This document shows, piece after piece, positions 31,572 through 44,312 of a stretch of DNA of 63,685 nucleotides (position 1 is its first letter; the number at the start of each line of letters is the position of its first letter). The stretch comes from Paraspadella gotoi. Its lineage: Eukaryota; Animalia; Chaetognatha. Location: assembly GCA_051294375.1 (NCBI GenBank), contig CM119266.1, forward strand, positions 7,438,028-7,501,712, in the 5' to 3' direction. The notes beneath the pieces are model-generated. The model saw nothing but the letters and a program-made list of their open reading frames with translations. It was not told where the DNA came from and ran no database searches. A program made the position numbers and the translations under genes.

Positions 31572-34500
31572 AAAAAACATACCAGATGATACTTGACGAC
31601 GTGTTGCATCGTAGGCGAGGTATGCCTCTATGGGCATCGGCTGAGAGCCTTCGGAGTCAGCGTCGGCGGCCGCTTCGAGTTTGGCCACCATCTCGCGGAT
31701 TTGCGAAATCTTTGAAACAAAAGAGCAAGGCTTTAAGAAAAGCTAAACAAACAAACAAGAACATTTTAAAAAACGCTAATTCAAACGCTAATAAAAGTGA
31801 CTAAAATAACAAAATCAAAATAAAACATAAATAAATTATTGATAAAAAACAAAACAACCCAAAGAAACAAAAGAAACAACCAGACATCCCGACCTGGTGG
31901 CTTCGCTAAAGGCTCGTTTCCTCATCGGCAATTCTTTGCAATAATCGAGAAAAGGTTTAGTGTAATTTCGTCGCTTAAAAACTTTGTCGTCGTCGCCGCT
32001 AAATCCTTCATGAAGATGTCGCGTTTGAAAAGAGACTTGGCTTCGTCTAGAAATCTTAAAATAAATATTTAGTAATCGTACTATTGAAACAAATAATAAA
32101 TATGTGAATGGATGAATGGATAAATATATAAATGAATGAATGTAGAAATAAATGAAAATATAAATTTTATTTTTTAATAAAGAATGAGTAAATGAATGAA
32201 TGAATGAATGAATGAAAGAATGAAAGAATGAATGAATGTAAAAATGTATTCTCTTTGGAAATGAAGAATGAGTGAATAAATTAAGAAATGAATGAAAAAA
32301 GACTTAATGAATGAATAAGAATGAATGATGATGAGAATGAATGAATGAATGAATGAATGAATGAATGAATGAATGAATGAAGAAAAATGAATTTCTCTTT
32401 GGAATAAAATAATAAGTGAAAAAATTCAGAAATGAATAAAAAATGAATGAATGAATGAAGAATTTGAAAAAAATGAATACCTATATAAATGAAATGATTA
32501 AAAGAATGCATGATTGAATGAATGAACCAAAAAAAATATAAGAAATTAAGGAGCAATGAATATTTTTTGTACGTAACTAAGATAAATGTACCTGCGAGTT
32601 TGAAGCAGTATTTTTCTGAGATCGGCAAACAGTTCTGCTCCACCTGGGAGGAGGAGGCTCAGGGAGGAGGAGGTAGAGTAATGAGAATCGAAGAAAGAGA
32701 TGGATTTGACGAAAGAGGCGAGGAGGAGGAGGAGCTAGTCGAGATAAAAATATGATGAGACAAAAATGAAAAGAAGAATTTGAAGAAGTATTTGAAAAAC
32801 AGCATTATATTTTTATGATATGACAGAACAACGCATTTACTACAATATTTAATACAATAACAAAAAAATTATCACTTTTTAATTGGATTAGTAAATTCTA
32901 GAATAATACAATTGATATAAGAGGGTATATTCTCCTAAGATGAAACAGAACTAATATTAAAATCCAAAATGAAAATAGACACATTTAGATTTAATACTTC
33001 AATATGTTAATGAGATTGAGAAATTCAATCTCATTTAAGATCATATTAAATTATCATCTCTTACATTGATTTAAAACGTTACACTACAATATATTAATTA
33101 CGTTACAGAACAATGTGTTCAATTCCTGACACAAATTACAAAATTAATCAATAAATTTATAACTTACCTCGAACATTGCCTCGTAAAAGAGTCGATTCTT
33201 GTCTTCCGATGCTTCTGCCTCAACGACTTCCTTCATGTCCTTCCATCTGCAATTCGTCTTTGACTCCAATCTTTTCGTGTAAATCGTCGTCGTCGTCGTC
33301 GTTGTCTATTTAAAAAAAAAAAGACAATTATTTAGAAATAAAGCAACAGCTGCTGCAGTCGTTATATAACATCCTTTGCAGCGTCAACAGCATCAGCCGC
33401 TGTCATAATATCAACCTGCCAATCGAACCAAGCCCACTCCTCTTTGGCCGCTTGGCGCCGCTGCCTCCAACTCTTCAACCGATGGCCTCGTTCTCGTTCT
33501 CGTCGTCGTCGTAATCTTGTTCTTTTGTCTTTTGACGCTTTGAGATTCGTGACGTAGAAATTCGTAAGGAACGTAGACGAAGCTGTCCTCGTCGATGTCG
33601 TTGTTGTTGTCATTGTTGTTGTCGTTGTTGTCATTCTTTTGATTATCTTTCTGTGTGGAATATTTATCGTCGCTGCTGGCGACCTGAAAATTAATCAATC
33701 TTTTGATCAATCAATCAATCAATTATTTATTCGACAACTCATTAATAATTTAACCCACAATTCAAACTATTTTATTGTTGATCATTTTATCAATCAAACA
33801 GTGGATTACGAAACCAATCAATCAAACGATGAAGCTTACAATTCTTGATTTAATCAAATATTTAGTTAATTTATCTTCATGATTTACACTAAATCAATTT
33901 AAACGATTTTCTCAATCCATTTTTTAAAAATATATAATCAATCAATCAAAACGATCAATCAAATGGAACCAATCTATTAATTAAACCAATTTATTGATCA
34001 ATCAATCAATCATTCAATTAATTAAACAAATCAATGTCTCACCCTCAAACTGTTGACGGGAAACAAAGAATTCGAATTTCTGATAAAATTTTTGTCTTCG
34101 TCCGTGAGACTCAGAAAGCGAAGTTCATCGTCGACGCCGCTGGAGCAGCCGCTGGAGCAGCCGCTGGAACAGCCGCTGGTGGAGTCGCTTCCGCTGAAGG
34201 ACCGGATAGAGTCCCCGCAGGAGTCGTCGTCGGCGGATTCGCCGGAGTTGGAGTCCCGCTGGAGCTGACGAATTTCGTCTTCCGTCAAGTAGATGGACTT
34301 GGGTCGACCTGAAATGCAAATTGGTGGCGAGGGGGTGGTGGGGGGGGGGTTGTGATGTTATGGATGTTCCAGGGTGTGTATTGTTTTTTTTTTGTTGTTG
34401 TAGTTTTTGTAATCGTCGTTGTCAATGACAAATTGGTGTTGCTTCAAGCAATTTTAATTAAAGATTATTAGTTTTGCTCTCGGACCTAGAAAACTTTCAA

Positions 34501-34629
34501 CTTAAACATTTGTACTTGCCGTGGATTTACGATTAAACAATGTTATTTTCGGGTTTAAATATTTCATAAACGATTTACTAATACTTTTGCTAATCATTTA
34601 CCTCTTGACTTTCGTCTCGGTTTTTCCAT
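31572..34629 (-). CDS. 5' exons (1-7) of the ephexin-like RhoGEF in an inverted assembly block. Exons 34629-34602, 34308-34043, 33683-33438, 33305-33168, plus copies of three DH exons down to ~31572
   Basis: MEKPRRKSR|GRPKSIYLTEDEIRQLQRDS...SLR|VASSDD...QRG|TTTT...RWKDMKEVVEAEASEDKNRLFYEAMFE, with consistent phases. Exons 4-7 are near-identical to the plus-strand copy at 42315-44052. Confidence 0.7.
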
Positions 34630-34665
34630 GTTTTTTTTTANNNNNNNNNNNNNNNNNNNNNNNNN

Positions 34666-35352
34666 CCCCTCGCCACCAATTTGCATTTCAGGTCGACCCA
34701 AGTCCATCTACTTGACGGAAGACGAAATTCGTCAGCTCCAGCGGGACTCCAACTCCGGCGAATCCGCCGACGACGACTCCTGCGGGGACTCTATCCGGTC
34801 CTTCAGCGGAAGCGACTCCACCAGCGGCTGCTCCAGCGGCTGCGTCCAGCGGCGTCGACGATGAACTTCGCTTTCTGAGTCTCACGGACGAAGACAAAAA
34901 ATTTTATCAGAAATTCGAATTCTTTGTTTCCCGTCAACAGTTTTGAGGCGTGAGACATTGATTGTTTTAAATTAATTTGAAATGAATTGATTGATTGATC
35001 AATTAATTGGTTTAATTAATAGATCGGTTCCATTTGATTGATCGTTTTGATTGATTGATTAGATATTTTTAAAAAATGNNNNNNNNNNCGAAAGTCAAGA
35101 GGTAAATGATTAGCAAAAGTATTAGTAAATCGTTTATGAAATATTTAAACCCGAAAATAACATTGTTTAATCGTAAATCCACGGCAAGTACAAATGTTTA
35201 AGTTGAAAGTTTTCTAGGTCCGAGAGCAAAACTAATAATCTTTAATTAAAATTGCTTGAAGCAACACCAATTTGTCATTGACAACGACGATTACAAAAAC
35301 TACAACAACAACAAAAAACAATACACACCCTGGAACATCCATAACATCACAA
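34666..35352 (+). repeat. Two gap-bounded inverted copies of ~33920-34335 and ~34350-34614
   Basis: Reverse-complement identity; bounded by N runs at 34641-34665 and 35079-35088. Confidence 0.9.
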
Positions 35353-35354
35353 AA

Positions 35355-36680
35355 GGACAATTATTTAGAAATAAAGCAACAGCTGCTGCAGTCGTTATAT
35401 AAACATCCTTTGCAGCGTCAACAGCATCAGCCGCTGTCATAATATCAACCTGCCAATCGAACCAAGCCCACTCCTCTTTGGCCGCTTGGCGCCGCTGCCT
35501 CCAACTCTTCAACCGATGGCCTCGTTCTCGTTCTCGTCGTCGTCGTAATCTTGTTCTTTTGTCTTTTGACGCTTTGAGATTCGTGACGTAGAAATTCGTA
35601 AGGGAACGTAGACGAAGCTGTCCTCGTCGATGTCGTTGTTGTTGTCATTGTTGTTGTCGTTGTTGTCATATCTCTTTGATATCTTTCTGTGTGGGAATAT
35701 TTATCGTCGCTGCTGGCGACCTGAAAATAATCAATCTTTTGATCAATCAATCAATCAATTATTTATTCGACAACTCATTAATAATTTAAAACCACAATTC
35801 AAACTATTTTATTGTTGATCATTTTATCAATCAAACAGTGGATTTACGAAACCAATCAATCAAACGATGAAGCTTACAATTCTTGATTTAATCAAATATT
35901 TAGTTAATTTATCTTCATGATTTACACTAAATCAATTTAAACGATTTTCTCAATCCATTTTTTAAAATATATAATCAATCAATCAAAACGATCAATCAAA
36001 TGGAAACCAATCTATTATTAAACCAATTTATTGATCAATCAATCAATCATTCAATTAATTAAACAAATCAATGTCTCACCCTCAAACTGTTGACGGGAAA
36101 CAAAGAATTCGAAATTTCTGATAAATTTTTGTCTTCGTCCGTGAGACTCAGAAAGCGAAGTTCATCGTCGACGCCGCTGGAGCAGCCGCTGGAGCAGCCG
36201 CTGGAACAGCCGCTGGTGGAGTCGCCTTCCGCTGAAGGACCGGATAGAGTCCCCGCAGGAGTCGTCGTCGGCGGATTCGCCGGAGTTGGAGTCCCGCTGG
36301 AGCTGACGAATTTCGTCTTCCGTCAAGTAGATGGACTTGGGTCGACCTGAAATGCAAATGTGGGCGAGGGGTGGTGGGGGGGGGGGTTGTGATGTTATGG
36401 ATGTTCCAGGTGTGTATTGTTTTTTTTGTTGTTGTATTTTTGTAATCTCGTTGTTGTCAATGACAAATTGGTGTTGCTTCAAGCAATTTTAATTAAAGAT
36501 TATTTAGTTTTGCTCTCGGACCTAGAAAACTTTCAACTTAAACATTTGTACTTGCCGTGGATTTACGATTAAACAATGTTTATTTCGGGTTTAAATATTT
36601 CATAAACGATTTTTACTAATACTTTTGCTAATCATTTACCTCTTTGACTTTCGTCTCGGTTTTTTCCATGTTTTTTTTTA
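35355..36680 (+). repeat. Direct duplicate of ~33321-34640 with small indels
   Basis: Near-identical sequence; 1-nt indels shift the exon frames. Confidence 0.92.
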
Positions 36681-39279
36681 AATAAAATTCGCTCAAACTC
36701 ATTAAAATATTACTCAGTTTTTATTTGTTCTTCACTTTGCAAATGTATTTTCTTTAAAAAAAAATTTAAGAAGAATTCATTCACTTAATCCAAAACGAGG
36801 AATCAATAAAAACGATTCTCGCTTTATATTTATATCCCGATGACGAAACACAATCGTTCGACGTAAAAATCTGTTTTGTTTGTTTTGATCCTTGTTTCTT
36901 TTTTCTTTTATTTCGTGAGATTCGATTCGCATCGAGATTTTTCGATACCAGCACCGAAAATAATTCGGGAATTTCTCGCCCTTGTTGTTGTTGTTGTTTT
37001 CTTGACGAAGTACCCCGGGAAATTGTAGGGCTCTCTTTTTCATGAGCGCCCCCATTCTGTTTCTTTGACCCCCGTTTGATTTTAACTTTAATATTCAACC
37101 TAAACGTAAACATGCTCTTAAACTTATAATAAAATCCCTAACTCTAATTTACTAACCCTAATCTAATAAAACCGTAACCGAATCCTAACCGTAATAAGCT
37201 TAAAACCTTAGTGCCTTACCTCAATTCTTAATCCTAATCACTAACCTAAATTACTAACCTAATTACTAACCTCTTACCTCATCTTTAATTAAAAAAAATT
37301 AACTTGATTCTGAATTTAAGACAAAATGGGACGTTCTGGAAAAAATAAGGCTTTTTATTATTATTATTATGTATTATAAACGTTTTACGATGGTTTTTTA
37401 TTTGTTTATTTTTTACCCTGTCAACAAATACTTTTTTTTCTCTCCTAAAAAAATTACCCGGGGGATTTAAACCAAAGGGTCAACGCGTGCGCCAGGGCTG
37501 TTGCTGCTGCTGCTGCTGGAAAAGATAAAAGATAAGAAAAAAGGAGAAACGAATACAGAAGTAGCAAAGAAAAGAAAAAAAAATAAACAAAATGGAAAGA
37601 AATAAAAAGAGAGAGAGTTAAGTTAAGTTAAGTTAAGTTAAGTTTAGTTAAAGAGAAAAATATTTATATAAAGTAGAATGAAAAAAAAAGACGAGAAAAT
37701 TTTTTTTTAAATTTCATTGATTTCCCCAAGTTTTTCCCGAGTTTTTAGTCTCCAAAAAAATTCGTAGTGAATCATCGCATTTTAAATTCCGTCGTCCACG
37801 TCAACAGGAATTCGTCTTCCCAATTGTCATTTATTGTCATCTCTTTTTTGTCGTTTTATCATTGTTTATAGAGATGACATGTTGTCATCGTCGTACATGG
37901 AAACCACTACACATAATACCGGCTTTAATATTTCATTTCTACATTGGCTTACTTATATACTTATCTTACGATTTGTTATTGTTTTGGTCTTGACGTTTCA
38001 CTCTCTGTAACGTCATTATCTTTTTCCCCGTTGAACGCCATCTTCATTATCTTCATTATCGTCGTCATCGTCATCATCGTCGTCGCCCTAATCGTTAGCG
38101 TTGTCGTCATCTTCATGATTGTGTCTCGTCGTCCTCATCGTCGTCGTCGTCATCATGGTCTTCGAGATCATCGTCGTCGTCAAATTAATAGTCGTCATCT
38201 TCATCGTCGTGGTTTCCCTTCTCGTCATCATAGTTGACGTCGTCTTCCGTATAACTTTACAAACTGCTGGTCATTTGTTTCACGTTTTGGAGATTGACAC
38301 GACTTGACACCTAGTGACGGGAATGAGAAACAAACAAGCCGGTGTCGACGACGGACGACGACGACGACGATGTCGACGAGGACCGAAATCAATTCCAAGA
38401 AATCGGATTTGGTCGAAATGAATTCTTCTCAGAGAGAAAGAAGTTGGAAGGTGCAGGGTCACGTGACTCAAACGCGAGAGAGACAGATGCCGAAATAGTA
38501 GGGGATTACTCATAGCAGTGCCATGAAGATGGTGAACAAATCAGGAGTTCTTTGTCAAAACAAGACGAGTTTGTAAGGCTTCTCACTGGTGTGAGAGAGA
38601 TGACAACGAAATATTTAAAAAATATAAAAAAGTCAAAGGGAGTTGTTTAGTTCAAATTTTGCCATTACTCTCATCGGATTAATAACAGTATTTACATCCA
38701 AAATAGATGACAAAACAGATAAAACTCTCGATTTTAAAACCCCAATTTTTTTCAACTTTTAAAATCCCCAAATTTATAAGTCACAGTCCAGAACACAGTT
38801 ACATATTTTCCAAAATCACTCTTTTTCAGCTTTAATTCAGAATTAGGTTAGTTTCTAGGTTAGTGCATTATTAAGATTAGAATTAAATTCAGGGTGTGGG
38901 GCGCTTTTGAAAAAATGGTGCCAAAATTCATCCGTACATGTAAATACAATCATGACTTGTTTTGACGTTTCTTGTCTCCGTTGGCCGAATAATTAATCCG
39001 GCGACCGACCACTCCGGAACGTACGGCGCCAATCGTCTTAGCGGCGCCGCCCCGACGCCCCGACGCTCCGTCGCCGGCCGCCATTCGCCGTTCGACAAAG
39101 CAATCGAGGAAAAAAAGCCCGGCTCAACTGATCCAATCTCGACGAACCTCACCTGACCTCACCCTAAGGTACCACCTGACTAGTACGCCCTGCAAACAAT
39201 TCCATCTGGTGGCGAGATTTAATTCTTTTTTCATTTTTCATCGGCTTTTGACTTGTCGTCGTTCGTCGTTCGTCGTCGT

Positions 39280-39335
<56 letters not shown>

Positions 39336-39944
39336 CTTTGTTCCGCGCGCGGGTATAAAAGCGAAAGTCTTCGACGCCGAAGTCGAAACAAAAGGGAATC
39401 GAATTTTGACGTCGACGAAAAAAAAAAATAAATTCCTATTTACAACTTTTGAAATAAGGTAAGGTAGATGTAGTAGTAGTGAGATGAGAGAGAGAGAGAA
39501 GAGAGAGAGAGATAGAATGAGAGATGAAGAGAGAGAGAAGCAGAGAGAGAGAGAAAGAGAGGTAGAGAGAGAGAGAGAATATGTATATATATTTTTATCA
39601 ATACTGATACTCGATCAGTACCGATGTTTGACCTCTAATTGTATATTTTATCAATACGTAAAATCTGATTCTTACTGTAGCTCCGAACATCGATAATGTC
39701 TTCCACCTCGGCTTTCGTTCTCAAAGGGTTTTTACTGTCTTTGTGTGTCGCCGTAGTTTTGATGGATTTTGCAAAACCCACAGGTAGGTCATATAGCATT
39801 GTATTCTTACAATATTGTCTAATATTAAACAGAAATAGCAGTAAATTAATTAAAAAAGAAAGAAAGAAAGAAAATAAGAAAGAAATATGAACATGGAGGA
39901 ATAGATAGAGAAAGAGGGAGAGAATGACAGAGACAGAGAAGAGA

Positions 39945-40020
<76 letters not shown>

Positions 40021-41161
40021 TAATATAAACAGACAAACAGATTGCGCGTTATATAAAGCTAGCTAGCTTTTCCTTACGTTTTGAAACGTAACCAAACGTT
40101 TTACCCAATTTTAAAATTCAACAAAGTTTTATTGCACAACACAACGAAATTATTTTACCAGCTCCCAGCCTCCGAACTTTATCTTTTGTTTTTATTTTCA
40201 ATTCTCCCGCCGATAACTCACCTGTTGGTAAGTTTCTCTTTCTTTCCTCTTCTTCCTCCGGCGTAACTTACCCCTTTTCTTCCTCTTCCTCCTCCTGCTG
40301 CTTCGCCGGGGCGAGTACCTCACCGTTACGTTGAAAAGGAAAAACCTGTTTTTGGCTGCTGCTTCTTACCCTGCCTGAATCGAGTCGTGGTCGCGTTTTT
40401 TAAATATTTCCTTATAGAAAGAATTGAATTCTTTAATATTTATAAGTAAATAAGCTATTTATTTCATTTTTTTAAAAATGCAATATACTTTTATGAATCA
40501 TAATAATCAAATAAATAATATCTATCCGTTAATAACCGTTTTTCCACTAAAAACGCGACCCTGCAAATTGTTGCGTGACAAGTTTTCGAATTGAAAATAG
40601 TCATCGAATTCATCGCCATTTTGAATATCTTCCAGCCTCACCCGTCGATTAATTTCCGACGATGACCCGACCTTATCTTAAACTTACCCGTTCGAACGTA
40701 ACGCATCGCATCAAATTACCGACGACCGGAACGCAGTATTAAATACTTAACGATATCTAGAATGGCTGTTCCCTCGCGACGATCGCCTCTTCCCCTTCGC
40801 CCTCTTCGTCGTCTTCGCCCTTCTCCCCTTGACCTCACCCAAGGCGGTCTGTCCCTACCCTGCGATCGAATACGGCGACTCTTGTTACAGATTCGAAAGA
40901 GGAACGCAATCGCCCTTACTCCGCCGCAGACAGGAGCTGCAAGGTGAGGAAGTCGACGGGGTAGGGGTGGGATTCGAGAAAAAGGGGAATGGATGGGAGA
41001 GAGGATCGGACTAAATGGTAAGGGTTAATAGGTTGAAAGGATTAATTAATAAATTCAAAAAGACGATAATGATGCAATTTATAGTAGGTTATAAAAAACA
41101 TCGATAAAAAATGAGTTGTAATTCAAAAGGAATATTATCTCCTGCTCTCCATGCCCTCTCT

Positions 41162-41210
<49 letters not shown>

Positions 41211-42261
41211 AATTTTTTTTCTCTTTCTTCTATTATTTAATTTGTTTGTTTGAAAATGAGAAAAATAAAATCGCAATTGCGATTTATTCAAAAAATTCAG
41301 TAATAAAACCGATGACTAGCCATTAATATTATAATAATATTAATATTAATTATCAATCTTTTTCCAATCTCCAATCTTCCCGGATCACAACTCCATCCTC
41401 CTTTTCCCTCGGATCCTCAGAAGAGCACAACTTCATCGTCCGCACTCTGAGATCGACTCAGGTAGAAACGTCTTCGCGGATCAGCTCCTCTGGTGGACGT
41501 CGGGCAACGTCGTTTTCGGGCAGTTGGACGGGGACAAGACCCGATCAAGGACAAGAAGTACTTGCCCGGCGCTGACGTCAAGCGCGGAGAAAGGATCGTG
41601 TACAAAAAGATTCAACAGAAGACTGGGCTGGGACCGCGTGGGTCCGGACGAGATCCTTCCCTACATCTGCGAGATCACAACGGGAAAACGTGGACAACAT
41701 CATCGACATCAACCGGGATCATTCGTACGGCGTTCCCATCAGGGACTACATCCAACAGCAATACAGACTAAATCGAGCTCCTCACATCGTCCTGTCTCCG
41801 GAAGACATCATATTCGACGAAAATTCGCTGGAATTCAACGAACGACCCGGCCGCCGCATCAAACTCATCCGCAACGCTCACGCCAAGTTTGCAATGCAAA
41901 GCGGATGGTTATCCTTATCCCGATTACGAATGGTGGCAGCAGGTGGATCAGCCGACGGAAACCGAGATCGACGGACAGTATTGGAAAAAGCTCGATATCG
42001 AAAACGAGGTCAGGCTCACCATGACCAACGGAATTTTGCTCATCAACTCACCAGCCGCAACACGGACGCGGGGAACTTACTTTTGCTTGGCCAAGAATAA
42101 GTTCGGCATCGCGCGTTCCAACAAAATAACACTGAGGTTCGGCTTTTTGAAGGATTTTACCGAAGAGAGGGAAGAGATCATGGCCAAAGAGTTCGACGAT
42201 TGGTCATTCCATGTCAACCTCCCGTTTTTCCCTTCCATCACTTACTTTTGCGTACAAAGGA
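36680..42261 (-). repeat. Inverted duplicate (~5.5 kb) of ~25881-31325
   Basis: Continuous reverse-complement match with many 1-2 nt indels; ends next to the N-gap at 42276-42300. Confidence 0.95.
40761..42258 (+). pseudogene. Frameshifted partial copy of the contactin 5' end (lectin and Ig1); probably a noisy duplicate rather than a true pseudogene
   Basis: Same peptides (EYGDSCYRFERGTQSP, DINRDHSYGVPIRD, QCKADGYPYPDYEWW) spread across frames by indels, with few substitutions. Confidence 0.8.
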
Positions 42262-42300
42262 GTGCATCTCTCTCTNNNNNNNNNNNNNNNNNNNNNNNNN

Positions 42301-44312
42301 TTTTTTTTAAATAGACAACGACGACGACGACGACGATTTACACGAAAGATTGGAGTCAAAGACGAATTGCAGATGGAAGGACATGAAGGAAGTCGTTGAG
42401 GCAGAAGCATCGGAAGACAAGAATCGACTCTTTTACGAGGCAATGTTCGAGGTAAGTTATAAATTTATTGATTAATTTTGTAATTTGTGTCAGGAATTGA
42501 ACACATTGTTCTGTAACGTAATTAATATATTGTAGTGTAACGTTTTAAATCAATGTAAGAGATGATAATTTAATATGATCTTAAATGAGATTGAATTTCT
42601 CAATCTCATTAACATATTGAAGTATTAAATCTAAATGTGTCTATTTTCATTTTGGATTTTAATATTAGTTCTGTTTCATCTTAGGAGAATATACCCTCTT
42701 ATATCAATTGTATTATTCTAGAATTTACTAATCCAATTAAAAAGTGATAATTTTTTTTGTTATTGTATTAAATATTGTAGTAAATGCGTTGTTCTGTCAT
42801 ATCATAAAAATATAATGCTGTTTTTCAAATACTTCTTCAAATTCTTCTTTTCATTTTTGTCTCATCATATTTTTATCTCGACTAGCTCCTCCTCCTCCTC
42901 GCCTCTTTCGTCAAATCCATCTCTTTCTTCGATTCTCATTACTCTACCTCCTCCTCCCTGAGCCTCCTCCTCCCAGGTGGAGCAGAACTGTTTGCCGATC
43001 TCAGAAAAATACTGCTTCAAACTCGCAGGTACATTTATCTTAGTTACGTACAAAAAATATTCATTGCTCCTTAATTTCTTATATTTTTTTGGTTCATTCA
43101 TTCAATCATGCATTCTTTTAATCATTTCATTTATATAGGTATTCATTTTTTTCAAATTCTTCATTCATTCATTCATTTTTTATTCATTTCTGAATTTTTT
43201 TACTTATTATTTTATTCCAAAGAGAAATTCATTTTTCATTCATTCATTCATTCATTCATTCATTCATTCATTCATTCATTCATTCATTCATTCATTCATT
43301 CATTTATTCATTCATTAAGTCCTTTTTCATTCATTTCTTAATTTATTCACTCATTCTTCATTTCCAAAGAGAAATACATTTTTACATTCATTCATTCTTT
43401 CATTCTTTCATTCATTCATTCATTCATTCATTTACTCATTCTTTATTTAAAAAATAAAATTTATATTTTCATTTATTTCTACATTCATTCATTTATATAT
43501 TTATCCATTCATCCATTCACATATTTATTATTTGTTTCAATAGTACGATTACTAAATATTTATTTTAAGGTTTCTAGACGAAGCCAAGTCTCTTTTCAAA
43601 CGCGACATCTTCATGAAGGATTTAGCGGCGACGACGACAAAGTTTTTAAGCGACGAAAATTACACTAAACCTTTTCTCGATTATTGCAAAGAATTGCCGA
43701 TGAGGAAACGAGCCTTTAGCGAAGCCACCAGGTCGGGATGTCTGGTTGTTTCTTTTGTTTCTTTGGGTTGTTTTGTTTTTTATCAATAATTTATTTATGT
43801 TTTATTTTGATTTATAGTAAGTTTTTTAGTCACTTTTATTAGCGTTTGAATTAGCGTTTTTTAAAATTGTTCTTGTTTGTTTGTTTAGCTTTTCTTAAAG
43901 CCCTTGCTCTTTTGTTTCAAAGATTTCGCAAATTCCGCGAGATGGTGGCCAAACTCGAAGCGGCCGCCGACGCTGACTCCGAAGGCTCTCAGCCGATGCC
44001 CATAGAGGCATACCTCGCCCTACCGATGCAACACGTCGTCAAGTATCATCTGGTATGTTTTTTGGTATGAGAGGGGGGAAGAATTAGGGACAACCTACTC
44101 TGTTATATGTAGTTTTTTTGATAGAATTTTTATATTAAAACAGTTTTATTTTTTGGTATTATTTTTTTCCCTTTTTTTAAATTCTTAATATCCTATTTAT
44201 CTTCCTCTTCCTACTTCTAAATATCCTCTTCCTCTTCTTCTTCTTACTTCTAAATATCCTCTTCCTCTTCCCCTCCTTACTTCTCCACCTTTTTTTTGCT
44301 TCCATTTCTATC
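42301..44312 (-). repeat. Inverted duplicate of ~31326-33320
   Basis: Reverse-complement match, including the (ATTC)n tracts. Confidence 0.93.

Noticed and set aside
39696-42258. Second neuropeptide signal exon and second contactin as real paralogues
   Set aside because: Near-identical, including introns and intergenic DNA, differing mainly by indels and ending at an N-gap; more consistent with a noisy duplicate.
42977-43028. Shorter ephexin exon starting VEQNCLPISEKY
   Set aside because: Ends in phase 1, incompatible with the next DH exon. The 42886 acceptor gives phase 2 and DH-like sequence.
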